A DNA stretch of 64,000 nucleotides from a virus: the IMG/VR virus record IMGVR_UViG_3300028841_000107; one strand, 5' to 3'. The notes under the pieces are model-generated. The model did not search any database, was not told the origin of the DNA, and saw nothing but the letters and a program-made list of their open reading frames with translations. Below are positions 41,061 to 49,120 of the stretch, one piece after another. Position 1 is the first letter of the stretch; each line of letters begins with the position of its first letter. A program made the position numbers and the translations under genes.

Positions 41061-43508
41061 CTACCTCCCGAACCTCCAGGGCCCCGCCACCCGCCCCCTC
41101 CCGGCCCCCCGACGCCGCCCCCCGTCCAGCGAGAACGGCTTGTCGCCGACCCCCCGGGCCTTCTCCCGTGCCATCAACTGCCGGATGAAGAGCTGGTTCA
41201 TGTCCTTCGGCTTCCCGTGGGTGTCCTCAAGCGCCTGCATCGCCCGGCCGACCGCCACCTCGAAGGGCGGGTTGCCGGTCCCCCACCGGTTCTGGATCAG
41301 GTAGCGCAGGGCGTCCGGGGCGTCGTCCCCGTCGATCTTCAGGACGTCGTCCGGGGCGTCCGGGTCCCGCTGTAGCTCCGGGATGGCCGCGATCAGGGCC
41401 GTGCAGCTCTTGTGGATCCGGAGCTGGCCGGCGCGGAGCATCTCGTACATGTGCACCCAGCCCGGGATCCGGCTGCTCCTGGCGTTCTGGGGCCACGGCA
41501 GGCCGTTGGCGGTCAGGACCCTGCCGAGCTGGTCGGCGATCGAGAACTCCTCCTTACGGAGCTCGTGGGCGTCGTGGGAGAGGTAGATGTTCGCGATCGA
41601 GGGACGCTCCGAGGGGGGCGTCAAGGCCACGATCGACTCCCCGAGCTTCTCCGGGGTCATCCTGGGGGCGACGAGCTCCCGGTAGACGGTCAGGGTCTCG
41701 GCCCGCTCGTCGGTCGCGCCCCACTCGACGGCGGAGTTGTGGGAGAAGCCCCAGTCGATGCCGATGTTCCGCTCGCACCAGGGGGGGGACTCGACCTTGG
41801 GCGAGAAGTCCACGTTGTTCTGGAGGTTCCAGCAATCGAAATACTGGCCGGCCACGAGGTCCCATGAGCCGTCGAGGTAGGCGGCCCGGAGCGCCTCGGG
41901 GAGGTTCCGGAGGTATTCCTCGTACTCCGGGTTTGCCTCCATCAAGAACGGGTTGTCGTAGACGCGGGCTGGAATGTACGCGAAGTGCTCTGGCACGTAT
42001 CCGGTCGCGGGCCACCCGTTGAACGGTCGCTTGTCGATCCACAGAGTCTTCGTCCAGACGTGCCCGATACCGCCCGGGTTCGTGGCCCCGGCCATGTTCG
42101 GCCTGCCGTTGACGTTCCGATTACGCGAGGTCAGGAAGACGAATTCGTCGAAGGTAAACTGTGTCTGCTCGTCAAAACCGCAGTTTTGTGATACAAACCC
42201 TCCCCGTGAAATGTAGTGAGAGACCTCTTCCACTCTTAGATCGAAAACTTCCACCTCACCCACTGGGGAAATATCGAAGGGGACGAGGCGGACGGCCCGC
42301 GACGAGACCTCGTGGGCCTTCGTGTAGGGGTGGCTATACCGTAACCTCTCGACAAGGGTATGTTCTGGAGTATTCGCCGGATCATCCAAGTTGTTCGGGG
42401 CTGAAGAAGCGGGTGCCGCAGCACAGGCTGGTGATGGAGTGCCTACTTGGCAGGCTGCTTCGGCCGGAAGAGGTAGTCCATCACGAGAATCACGTTCGTC
42501 ACGACAACCGACGTCGAAACCTGCGCCTGATGCCGAGCCGTTCAGCCCATACGCAGGAGCACGCAGAAGACCTGCGGGCGGCAAACCTGATCCAGCTGAC
42601 GGAGGCACAGGTACGGCGAGCGCTAAAAGGCAGGACAACGCTTCAGGCGGCCAAGCTTCTGGGCGTTCACCACATGACGCTTCGGACGCGGTTCGACCAT
42701 CTGCTGAAGAAGCGGCGAAGCCCAGGGGCAGGTTTCCCGCCCGAGTTTGTTGAGAAGGTACAGGCTCTTGCGATGGATCCGGACGTGACGACGACGGCAG
42801 CCCATCGGTTACTGGGGACGACGGCGATCCGGCTACGCGTGTGCCGGAAGCTGCACGGGATCGAGTGGTGTCGTCGCGCAGGAGTGAAGGGACTCCCGCC
42901 CATGCGCCCTCACCAGTTAAAAGGCTATGGTCTGAGCCGATGACTACGGAGAAGCCGCCGGCCCGCACGCGGTAACACTCGACCCGCCGTGGCGGCGGCG
43001 TAAGCGTTACGGCCCGTGGGCCCTTGAGGGTCGCTACGAGGTCACCGACGGCGATGTTCTCGATGGCCCTAAACGAGCCGTCGGACATCTCGATCTCGGT
43101 TCCACCTGCGACGCAGAACCCGTACTCGCCACCCTGGTACTTCATCAGATCGCGCTTCGTTTCCAAGTGGCCGAAGCGGAGCGTAGATCCGTTGAAGAAG
43201 GAGAGAATCCCATCCTGCTCGTTGTAGGTGGCGAGCTCGGGCGGCATCTCCGTTCGCATCTTTGAGATGTGGTTGTCCTCGAGCTCCTTCGAGGTTCTCC
43301 GGAGGATTAGGGCGGTCCATTTCGGTATGGCAAGGCACTGTGCGTAGGCTTCCCAGCGCAGCCAGACCGATTTTCCAGACCCCGCCGCGCCGCCCATTAG
43401 GCGATACCTGGCGACGGCCGTGTGGGCTGCGAGCTGGCGCTCCGTTGGCTTGTAGGGCAACCGGAAGTAGTTCGCGACTTCGGGCGTGACGATGTCCATC
43501 GGGGCCAT
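41061..43508 (-). CDS. terL: Terminase large subunit precursor, interrupted by an intein (mature about 504 aa)
   Basis: ATG 43508 (MAPMDIVTPE...). Walker A GGAAGSGKS. Walker B split as GGEYGF | intein | CGFDEQ. The C-extein has an RNase H-like IGIDWGFSHNSA region. The upstream extension of the 900-aa track ORF is Arg/Gly-rich. Confidence 0.85.
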   Translation of the reverse strand: MAPMDIVTPEVANYFRLPYKPTERQLAAHTAVARYRLMGGAAGSGKSVWLRWEAYAQCLAIPKWTALILRRTSKELEDNHISKMRTEMPPELATYNEQDGILSFFNGSTLRFGHLETKRDLMKYQGGEYGFCVAGGTEIEMSDGSFRAIENIAVGDLVATLKGPRAVTLTPPPRRVECYRVRAGGFSVVIGSDHSLLTGEGAWAGVPSLLRDDTTRSRAASGTRVAGSPSSPVTDGLPSSSRPDPSQEPVPSQQTRAGNLPLGFAASSADGRTASEASCGERPEAWPPEALSCLLALAVPVPPSAGSGLPPAGLLRAPAYGLNGSASGAGFDVGCRDERDSRDGLPLPAEAACQVGTPSPACAAAPASSAPNNLDDPANTPEHTLVERLRYSHPYTKAHEVSSRAVRLVPFDISPVGEVEVFDLRVEEVSHYISRGGFVSQNCGFDEQTQFTFDEFVFLTSRNRNVNGRPNMAGATNPGGIGHVWTKTLWIDKRPFNGWPATGYVPEHFAYIPARVYDNPFLMEANPEYEEYLRNLPEALRAAYLDGSWDLVAGQYFDCWNLQNNVDFSPKVESPPWCERNIGIDWGFSHNSAVEWGATDERAETLTVYRELVAPRMTPEKLGESIVALTPPSERPSIANIYLSHDAHELRKEEFSIADQLGRVLTANGLPWPQNARSSRIPGWVHMYEMLRAGQLRIHKSCTALIAAIPELQRDPDAPDDVLKIDGDDAPDALRYLIQNRWGTGNPPFEVAVGRAMQALEDTHGKPKDMNQLFIRQLMAREKARGVGDKPFSLDGGRRRGAGRGRVAGPWRFGR
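42161..42943 (+). CDS. HNH homing endonuclease with HTH tail, encoded antisense inside the terL intein (up to 260 aa; start uncertain)
   Basis: Reads GYVLEYSPDHP...VPQHRLVMECLLGRLLRPEEVVHHENHVRHDNRRRNLRLMPSRSAHTQEH (HNH_3 pattern), then TLQAAKLLGVHHMTLRTRF and TTAAHRLLGTTAIRLR HTH-like segments. In-frame GTG candidates at 42161, 42188 and 42206. Locally lower G+C. Confidence 0.8.
   Translation: MSARQNRSFVIQTLPVKCSERPLPLLDRKLPPHPLGKYRRGRGGRPATRPRGPSCRGGYTVTSRQGYVLEYSPDHPSCSGLKKRVPQHRLVMECLLGRLLRPEEVVHHENHVRHDNRRRNLRLMPSRSAHTQEHAEDLRAANLIQLTEAQVRRALKGRTTLQAAKLLGVHHMTLRTRFDHLLKKRRSPGAGFPPEFVEKVQALAMDPDVTTTAAHRLLGTTAIRLRVCRKLHGIEWCRRAGVKGLPPMRPHQLKGYGLSR
42183..43115 (-). mobile_element. Intein, 311 codons, in terL at Walker B
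   Basis: Starts with Cys (codon 43115..43113): CVAGGTEIEMSDGSF (block A) and VVIGSDHSLLT (block B-like). Ends EVEVFDLRVEEVSHYISRGGFVSQN (Asn codon 42185..42183) followed by +1 Cys. The interior ~200 codons are S/P/A-rich with no endonuclease motif in this frame. Confidence 0.8.
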
Positions 43509-43526
43509 TATGCCGCGCGAATTTTC

Positions 43527-43555
43527 TTGACCGCCCAACCCGGCCCCGATACGAT
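43527..43555 (+). promoter_or_regulatory. Sigma-70-like promoter candidate, leaderless configuration
   Basis: TTGACC (43527-43532), 17-nt spacer, TACGAT (43550-43555). ATG 43563 lies 7 nt downstream and there is no SD. Confidence 0.4.
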
Positions 43556-43562
43556 TTGACAG

Positions 43563-43811
43563 ATGCGGCCCCGCCCCACGACCCCACCGACGAGTCCCAC
43601 CCCGTCCGGGTCCACAGACGCCCCGCCGAAGAACCCGGGGGCTTCGGCCCCCGGCCCTACCCTCATCGACCTGACGCAGCCGATCGTGCTGGAGATCACG
43701 GCGGAGTTCTCGGATACCGTCGAGGGACAGGCCGCCGCCGAGGCGCTGGGCCGAGAGCTGCAAAAGGCGAAGCGGGCCCGCGAGTGCGGCGGGATCCGGA
43801 GGCTCAAGTGA
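43563..43811 (+). CDS. Hypothetical protein, 82 aa (Pro/Thr-rich N-terminus)
   Basis: ATG 43563. The stop is in a GTGA overlap with the next gene, which supports this frame. Confidence 0.45.
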   Translation: MRPRPTTPPTSPTPSGSTDAPPKNPGASAPGPTLIDLTQPIVLEITAEFSDTVEGQAAAEALGRELQKAKRARECGGIRRLK

Positions 43812-44095
43812 TTGCCGGCTTCGGCACAGCCGGCTGCGACGTGGCGAGCAACGGGCAGTACGCGCGTCGCGAGGATATCGAGGCGTTCAAGCGGCAGGCC
43901 ACCGACTTCCCTACCCAGAGCCCCTACGTCGGGGAGTTGTCGAAGTGGGTCGTTTCCGTCCGCCCGATCGTGTCCGAAGCCGTGAAGGCCACCGCCGTGA
44001 AGAAGCCGGTGCCGCAGGTGATCCACTGCGGCTACTGCGGAGATCGTCTGGCGAGCCGGGTGTGCGTGGAGTGCGGCGAGAGGCTACTCACTTGA
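43808..44095 (+). CDS. Hypothetical protein with C-terminal zinc ribbon, 95 aa
   Basis: GTGA overlap. Reads ...VIHCGYCGDRLASRVCVECGERL. Confidence 0.55.
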   Translation: MIAGFGTAGCDVASNGQYARREDIEAFKRQATDFPTQSPYVGELSKWVVSVRPIVSEAVKATAVKKPVPQVIHCGYCGDRLASRVCVECGERLLT

Positions 44096-44265
44096 ACGGC
44101 GGCCCGCTGTCCCAGGAAGAGCGCGTGGCGCTCCGTACCGCCGTCCTCCTCCTCGACGGCATCCCGCCGGAGACCGGCGAGCGTGTCGCGGCCTTCGAGG
44201 ATCGAATCCGGGCAACCTCCGACGACCCAGAGAGGGACGAATGGGAACGAAAGCATCGCGGTTGA
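44092..44265 (+). CDS. Hypothetical protein, 57 aa
   Basis: TTG 44092 in a TTGA overlap; tail of track ORF 43945..44265. Confidence 0.35.
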   Translation: MNGGPLSQEERVALRTAVLLLDGIPPETGERVAAFEDRIRATSDDPERDEWERKHRG

Positions 44266-44462
44266 TGAAGATCGTGCGCTCGGCCGCGTTTGGCCCGGAT
44301 CCGGTTGCCGGGCTCACCGACCAGCAGGCGCGCGTTCTCTACTCAGCACGGGCGCAGGCGATGGAATGGGGCAAGCTCTGGCGCTTTACCGGTATCTACC
44401 CGGAGGCGCACCGAGACGGTGGGCCAGAGCCCGGCCGTCGCCGCGGGGCACTCGCGCGATGA
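44241..44462 (+). CDS. Hypothetical protein, 73 aa
   Basis: AGAGGGA before ATG 44241. Stop in an ATGA overlap with the exonuclease gene. Confidence 0.45.
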   Translation: MGTKASRLMKIVRSAAFGPDPVAGLTDQQARVLYSARAQAMEWGKLWRFTGIYPEAHRDGGPEPGRRRGALAR

Positions 44463-45253
44463 CCCCTCGCTTCCACCAGAGCACGGCCAACACCCTGCTC
44501 ACCCTGTCGCCGTACCACGCCTGGTACTTCCACCCGGACCTTGGCGGGCACGAGAAGAAGGGGACCGCGGCAACGGTACGAGGGAACATCCTCGATCGGA
44601 TGCTCTTCGGCGTCGGGCCCGAGATCGCGGTGCTGGACTTCGGCGACTTCAAGTCCAAGGCGGCGCAGGCGGCCCGCGACGACGCCGAGGCCGCCGGGAA
44701 GCTGGTCGTGCTGCTGGAGACCTACGAGAAGCACCGGCTGTTCGTGGAGGCGGTGAACTCGCAGCTCCTACACGACCACGGGATCAGGCTGTCGGGGCAG
44801 AGCCAGGTCGAGCTCGAATGGGACTCCCCACACGGGGTCACGTGCGCCGGCCGCCTGGACCATCTCCTGCTCGACCCGAAGCTCAGAATCCTTGATCTCA
44901 AGACGTGCCAGAGCGCCTCGGAAGACGCGGTCACGCAGTCCATAGTGAAGTACGGCTACCACGTCCAGCATGCCGCCTACACCGAGGCGGCCCGGGTGTT
45001 GTTCGAGGACGAGCCCCAGATGGACTTCATCTTCGCCGAGAGCAACGAGCCGTTTCGGATCCGGCTGGCCCCGCTGGCCGGCACGATGAAAAGCCTCGGC
45101 GAGCACCAGTGGGCCCGCGCGTGCCGCATCTGGAAGGAGTGTCTGGATACGAACCGCTGGCCGGCGTACCCGGTCACCCGCATCGAGGCGAAGCCGTGGC
45201 ACCTGGCGCAGGCCGTCGAGGACGGGGACGAGGCGATGGACATCCATGGCTGA
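44459..45253 (+). CDS. PD-(D/E)xK recombination exonuclease (RecE/DUF3799-like), 264 aa
   Basis: Reads AGRLDHLLLDPKLRILDLKTCQSA...IVKYGYHVQHAAYTEAA, the D...D-x-K...Q..Y pattern of phage Cas4/RecE-type exonucleases. Adjacent to the Sak4-like ATPase. Confidence 0.7.
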   Translation: MTPRFHQSTANTLLTLSPYHAWYFHPDLGGHEKKGTAATVRGNILDRMLFGVGPEIAVLDFGDFKSKAAQAARDDAEAAGKLVVLLETYEKHRLFVEAVNSQLLHDHGIRLSGQSQVELEWDSPHGVTCAGRLDHLLLDPKLRILDLKTCQSASEDAVTQSIVKYGYHVQHAAYTEAARVLFEDEPQMDFIFAESNEPFRIRLAPLAGTMKSLGEHQWARACRIWKECLDTNRWPAYPVTRIEAKPWHLAQAVEDGDEAMDIHG

Positions 45254-46334
45254 CTTCAAGCGACAGTTCACGCACCACATCGCTACCCGTACCGACGTTC
45301 CGCTGCTCATCGGCATCACCGGAGCATCCTCGTCCGGGAAGACCTACTCGGCGCTGGAGCTTGCGGTCGGGATCCAGAGCGTGCGCCCGGGGCCGATCTT
45401 CTGCATCGACACAGAGGGCGGGCGAGCACGCCACTACTCGGACAAGTTCAAGTTCGAGCACGTCCCGTTCAACCCGCCGTTCGGCCCGCTCGACTACAAG
45501 GCCGCAATCGACTACTGCGTTGCCCAAGGGGCACGCATCATCGTGGTGGACTCGATGTCGCACGAGCACGACGGCGACGGCGGGGTACTCGACCAGATTG
45601 ACGACTATCTGGAGAAGAAGGCCGGCGACAACTGGGAGCGCCGGGACAAGCTGAAGTTCGCCGCGCAGATCAAGCCGAAGGCAGAGCGCAAGGAGCTGAA
45701 TCAGAGGATCCTCCAGCTCACCGACGTGACGTTCATCTTCTGCTACAGGGCCCACGAGAAGATCCGTCTCACGAAGGGGAAGGACCCCGAGAAAGGGTGG
45801 GCGCCCATCTCGACGTCGCCCCTGTTCTTCGACATGACGCTGCGGCTCCTACTGCCGCCCGGATCCGACGGGCGCCCCACGTTCTTCCCGCAGGACGAGG
45901 GCGAGAAGCTGCTCACGAAGCTGCCATACCAGTTCCGTGAGTGGTTCAAGGCAGGCGATCAGCTCAACGCCGAGATCGGCCGGAAGCTGGCGCTGTGGGC
46001 GAAGGGCGGGGACGCATCGGGGAGTCCGGCGCCGTTACCGCCGCCAGCCCCGGCGTCCCCGCCCAGGGCGGTCTCCGGGCCGCCACCTACGGAGCACGCC
46101 TCGTTCACCGGCACCGTGAAGAACGTGAAGGACAGGCCGAAGTCCGCGACCAAGCCGGCGTCCTTCTGCATCACGGCATCGGACGGGCACGACTACTGGA
46201 CGACGGACGCGGCCATCGCAGACCGTGCGCGGGTTGCCGGAGAGGTCGATGCCGAGATGAAGTTCACCTATCACGCAGATGAGAAGGCGCGCTACCTCGA
46301 CAGCTTCGAGATCGCGCCCGAGAAGGAGGGGTAA
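45246..46334 (+). CDS. Sak4-like (AAA_24/RecA-fold) recombination ATPase, 362 aa
   Basis: Walker A GITGASSSGKT and Walker B IIVVDSMSHEH. Pro-rich linker and a ~100-aa C-terminal extension. Confidence 0.7.
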   Translation: MADFKRQFTHHIATRTDVPLLIGITGASSSGKTYSALELAVGIQSVRPGPIFCIDTEGGRARHYSDKFKFEHVPFNPPFGPLDYKAAIDYCVAQGARIIVVDSMSHEHDGDGGVLDQIDDYLEKKAGDNWERRDKLKFAAQIKPKAERKELNQRILQLTDVTFIFCYRAHEKIRLTKGKDPEKGWAPISTSPLFFDMTLRLLLPPGSDGRPTFFPQDEGEKLLTKLPYQFREWFKAGDQLNAEIGRKLALWAKGGDASGSPAPLPPPAPASPPRAVSGPPPTEHASFTGTVKNVKDRPKSATKPASFCITASDGHDYWTTDAAIADRARVAGEVDAEMKFTYHADEKARYLDSFEIAPEKEG

Positions 46335-46337
46335 CCC

Positions 46338-46820
46338 GTGGAAGCTACCAATCCAGCCCTCGCGGGCCTGGGGGACAACTACAGTGCGGCCGGCACCGGA
46401 CTCTCGATGCCCACCGAGCCGACGTTCGCCGCTCGGCTGGAGGCCGTCGAGAAGATGAAGGCGAACCTCGTCGCCGAGGGGAGGACGCGGCTGGAGCAGA
46501 TCGCCGCTACTCGGCGCGAGCTCGACGCCGAACAGGCGAAGATCCACGACTTCCTCGGCATCGACGCTCCGGCCCCGGCCCCCGAGCCGGAGAAGAAGCC
46601 GAAGGCGGCCCGCGGCAGCGTCAGGGGTCCGGTCAGGGACTACTACCGCGACAACGCCACGCTCCAGACGGCGGAGGGCATTCCGACGTCCGTCGTCGCC
46701 AAGGAGACCGGCCTGGACCTCGACCAGGTTCAGGGTGCGGCTGCCAAGCTCTGCAAGGACGGGGTCCTCGAGCGCGGCTCCGCGAAGTCCTCCTACCGAT
46801 GGAAGTCGCAGGCTGCGTAG
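46338..46820 (+). CDS. Hypothetical protein with C-terminal wHTH-like region, 160 aa
   Basis: GAAGGAGGGG before GTG 46338; coiled N-half. Confidence 0.55.
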   Translation: MEATNPALAGLGDNYSAAGTGLSMPTEPTFAARLEAVEKMKANLVAEGRTRLEQIAATRRELDAEQAKIHDFLGIDAPAPAPEPEKKPKAARGSVRGPVRDYYRDNATLQTAEGIPTSVVAKETGLDLDQVQGAAAKLCKDGVLERGSAKSSYRWKSQAA

Positions 46821-47192
46821 ATGGCCCGCTACCTCTACTGCGAGTCGTGCGGGGAGCTGACGTGCGGAGGCCCCGGCGTAGCGCTCTCCCGCGGCTCCGG
46901 GGAGGACGCGGAGCGTGCCGTCTGGGGCGTTCTGCGCGCCCCGAAGATGAAGGTCGGCGCCTACACGAACCTCGGCATCTCGCGCGTCGAGAGCGTGTCG
47001 TTCGGGCAGAAGAAGACGCAGGAGTACCTCAACATCGGCGAGAAGACGACATTGCAGGCGGCCCCACACGCCGATCTCGAATGCGGTGGCTGCGGCGACA
47101 TGCTGTCCCCCGGCGACAAGGTCTGTGCGTACTCCCTGGGCGAGGAGCCGGAATGGGAGAACCGCTACTTGGAAGGCGCGGATGCCTCCTAG
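46821..47192 (+). CDS. Cys-containing protein, 123 aa
   Basis: ATG directly after the upstream TAG. Contains CESCGELTCGG and CGGCGD. Confidence 0.55.
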   Translation: MARYLYCESCGELTCGGPGVALSRGSGEDAERAVWGVLRAPKMKVGAYTNLGISRVESVSFGQKKTQEYLNIGEKTTLQAAPHADLECGGCGDMLSPGDKVCAYSLGEEPEWENRYLEGADAS

Positions 47193-47511
47193 AGGGCGCG
47201 ACATCAAGGAGTACGTCTGCCCTGAGTGCAAGACGCCGTTCATGCGGGACGCCGCCCAGGTCCACGTCGAGGAGCCTTGCTGCACGCGTCGCTGCTCCGT
47301 GAAGCACCGGAAGACGGGGCCGTTCAGGTGGGAGCGCGAGGAGGAGGAGTTCGGGCCTCGGGAGCCAATCGGGGTCTGCTCCGACTGCCAGCGCGTGTGC
47401 GGCGTCGAGGACGTGCGGCAGGGGTGGGTGCAGGGGGAGGGCGTGATGTGCGTGGCGTGCTGCTCGGATCGCGGGATTCCATGGGCGGCGTGGGAGCCGA
47501 CCGATGCCTGA
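47182..47511 (+). CDS. Cys-rich zinc-ribbon protein, 109 aa
   Basis: In-frame ATG 47182 in track ORF 47086..47511. Contains CPECK, CCTRRC, CSDCQRVC, CVACC. Confidence 0.5.
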   Translation: MPPRGRDIKEYVCPECKTPFMRDAAQVHVEEPCCTRRCSVKHRKTGPFRWEREEEEFGPREPIGVCSDCQRVCGVEDVRQGWVQGEGVMCVACCSDRGIPWAAWEPTDA

Positions 47512-48001
47512 GCCACTCGGCGAGCTTCTTCCGCCGAAGCAGACGAAGCTGGAGATCGCGTACGGCAACCACCTAGCGCTTCAGAAGGCGGCGGGGGAGA
47601 TCCTCGCGTTCTGGTTCGAGGGGATCACGCTCCGCCTCGGGCCGAACGTGCGCTACAACCCCGACTTCCTCGTGATGCGGACCGACCGCGTCCTGGAGCT
47701 CCACGAGACGAAGCCGATCGGCGGCGCCGGCATCAGGGCGAAGGGCGGCCCTCGTTTCGGGAACGACTCGATCGTGAAGCTGCGGGCCTGCGCCGGCTCA
47801 TTCCCGTTCCCCTGCTTCATCGTCACGCCGGAGGACAAGGGGATGTCCAGGTGGGTGAAGAAGCAGGTCGTCTACGAAACGGCCAGAGAGGTCCCGATCA
47901 CGATACCTGCCGGGACTCTCGAAGAAGGCGACTCGATCCGCTTCACGGCAGTAGGGCCGACGATCCAGACGGTCCGTATTCACCGCAAGGTGATCGGCTG
48001 A
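47504..48001 (+). CDS. DUF1064-like PD-(D/E)xK nuclease (resolvase candidate), 165 aa
   Basis: Reads TKLEIAYGNHLALQKAAGEI...VRYNPDFLVMRTDRVLELHETKP, matching the S.LE....L...G.I...Y.PDF...E.K pattern recalled for DUF1064. Confidence 0.6.
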   Translation: MPEPLGELLPPKQTKLEIAYGNHLALQKAAGEILAFWFEGITLRLGPNVRYNPDFLVMRTDRVLELHETKPIGGAGIRAKGGPRFGNDSIVKLRACAGSFPFPCFIVTPEDKGMSRWVKKQVVYETAREVPITIPAGTLEEGDSIRFTAVGPTIQTVRIHRKVIG

Positions 48002-48330
48002 TGGCTGACACCTGCCCCTTCTGCCTCTCCCCGAACGCCGAGAACCTCGACACGCTCGTGGCCTACGCCGACCGCGCGCCGTTCTTCCCGTCCGCGATCG
48101 TGACCCTCGCGCAGGCAGCCATCGTGCCGCTGCAGCAGAGCCACCAAGCCGCCGTGGAACGCGGGGTAAGGGAGCCCGACGCGGTCCTACCTCCGATCCT
48201 CGCCGCGCGCCTCAAGCTGTACGCATGCCCACAGTGCAATCTCCGCTACAGGATCGCCCACCTCCCGATCGACGTGCTCTACAAGGCAGCCTACCTTCGG
48301 ATCGGGGGCCAGTTGAGGTACTCGCGATGA
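48001..48330 (+). CDS. Hypothetical Cys-containing protein, 109 aa
   Basis: ATG 48001 shares its A with the upstream TGA. Contains CPFC...CPQC. Confidence 0.5.
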   Translation: MADTCPFCLSPNAENLDTLVAYADRAPFFPSAIVTLAQAAIVPLQQSHQAAVERGVREPDAVLPPILAARLKLYACPQCNLRYRIAHLPIDVLYKAAYLRIGGQLRYSR

Positions 48331-48491
48331 CACTCCGCCCGCCGAACGGTCACCCGTCGAGCTGCCCGTGCCCAACCTGCAACGACTACGACCCGACCGA
48401 CGACTTCGAGCGCGAAGAGGCGAGGCTGGAATCGTGGCGCGAGGACCCGCCTGACGCGAGGGAACGGGATCAGGCGCCAGACGCCGCGTAG
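48327..48491 (+). CDS. Hypothetical protein, 54 aa
   Basis: ATGA overlap. Reads MTLRPPNGHPSSCPCPTCNDYDPTDDFE... Confidence 0.4.
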   Translation: MTLRPPNGHPSSCPCPTCNDYDPTDDFEREEARLESWREDPPDARERDQAPDAA

Positions 48492-49051
48492 TCCCGGTCC
48501 CTGTCCTCTCCACTAGAGTCCACGGCCCGCCGCCGAATCTCGGCGTAGTGGAGTTCCAGCGTAGTCCGGTCCATCCCGGACCGGATGATCGAGAAGCAGA
48601 TGAAGCAGGCGAGTGCGAACGGTGGGACGTTCCGCCCCGGCAGAACCCGGTAGTGCTCACCGAGCGCTCCGCCGCAGACGCAGCAGGGCTCGCCAGGGAG
48701 CACCTTCAGGAGGGCGTTCGCGGCGATCTCCAGCCGTATCCCGCGAAGCGCTCCTCCAGTCGCGGCCTTGATGCGTTCCTGGGCCCCCACGATCTCCTCT
48801 GCGGGGAATGCCCGCTCGATCGCTGCCCGTGCGGCGCGCTTCTGGTTGAAGCGGGCCCGCGCCTTCGCCTGACACTCCGAGCAGGCCCGCAGATCCTCGC
48901 GCTCCGCACGCTGGGACGGCGCGAAATCGTCTGGCGCCTTCCACGCCGAGCACCTCGCGCACCACAGAGCCTTTGCGTTGGGCTTGGCCGGTCGGGTGAT
49001 GGGGCGAGCGGAAGCCCGCAGGAAGGCCGGGAGAGTCGGTTTCTTCGCCAT
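48470..49051 (-). CDS. Cys-containing basic protein, 193 aa
   Basis: ATG 49051. Contains CARC...CSEC...CCVCG...CFIC. The 3' end overlaps the convergent 48327..48491 gene by 22 nt. Confidence 0.55.
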   Translation of the reverse strand: MAKKPTLPAFLRASARPITRPAKPNAKALWCARCSAWKAPDDFAPSQRAEREDLRACSECQAKARARFNQKRAARAAIERAFPAEEIVGAQERIKAATGGALRGIRLEIAANALLKVLPGEPCCVCGGALGEHYRVLPGRNVPPFALACFICFSIIRSGMDRTTLELHYAEIRRRAVDSSGEDRDRDYAASGA

Positions 49052-49072
49052 TCCCCCAATCTATAACTCTGC

Positions 49073-49101
49073 GTGACAAAGTCACTAACTTTCCGTAACC
49101 T
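49073..49101 (+). promoter_or_regulatory. Promoter candidate
   Basis: GTGACA (49073-49078), 17-nt spacer, TAACCT (49096-49101). The -35 sits in the palindrome GTGAC-AAA-GTCAC. Confidence 0.3.
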
Positions 49102-49120
49102 ATTGGTGAGGAGGTGCCTT

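Noticed and set aside
43509-43763. Upstream 85-codon extension of the terL track ORF (900 aa)
   Set aside because: The extension is Arg/Gly-rich and overlaps the divergent promoter and the 43563 gene region. A canonical terminase N-terminus begins at ATG 43508.
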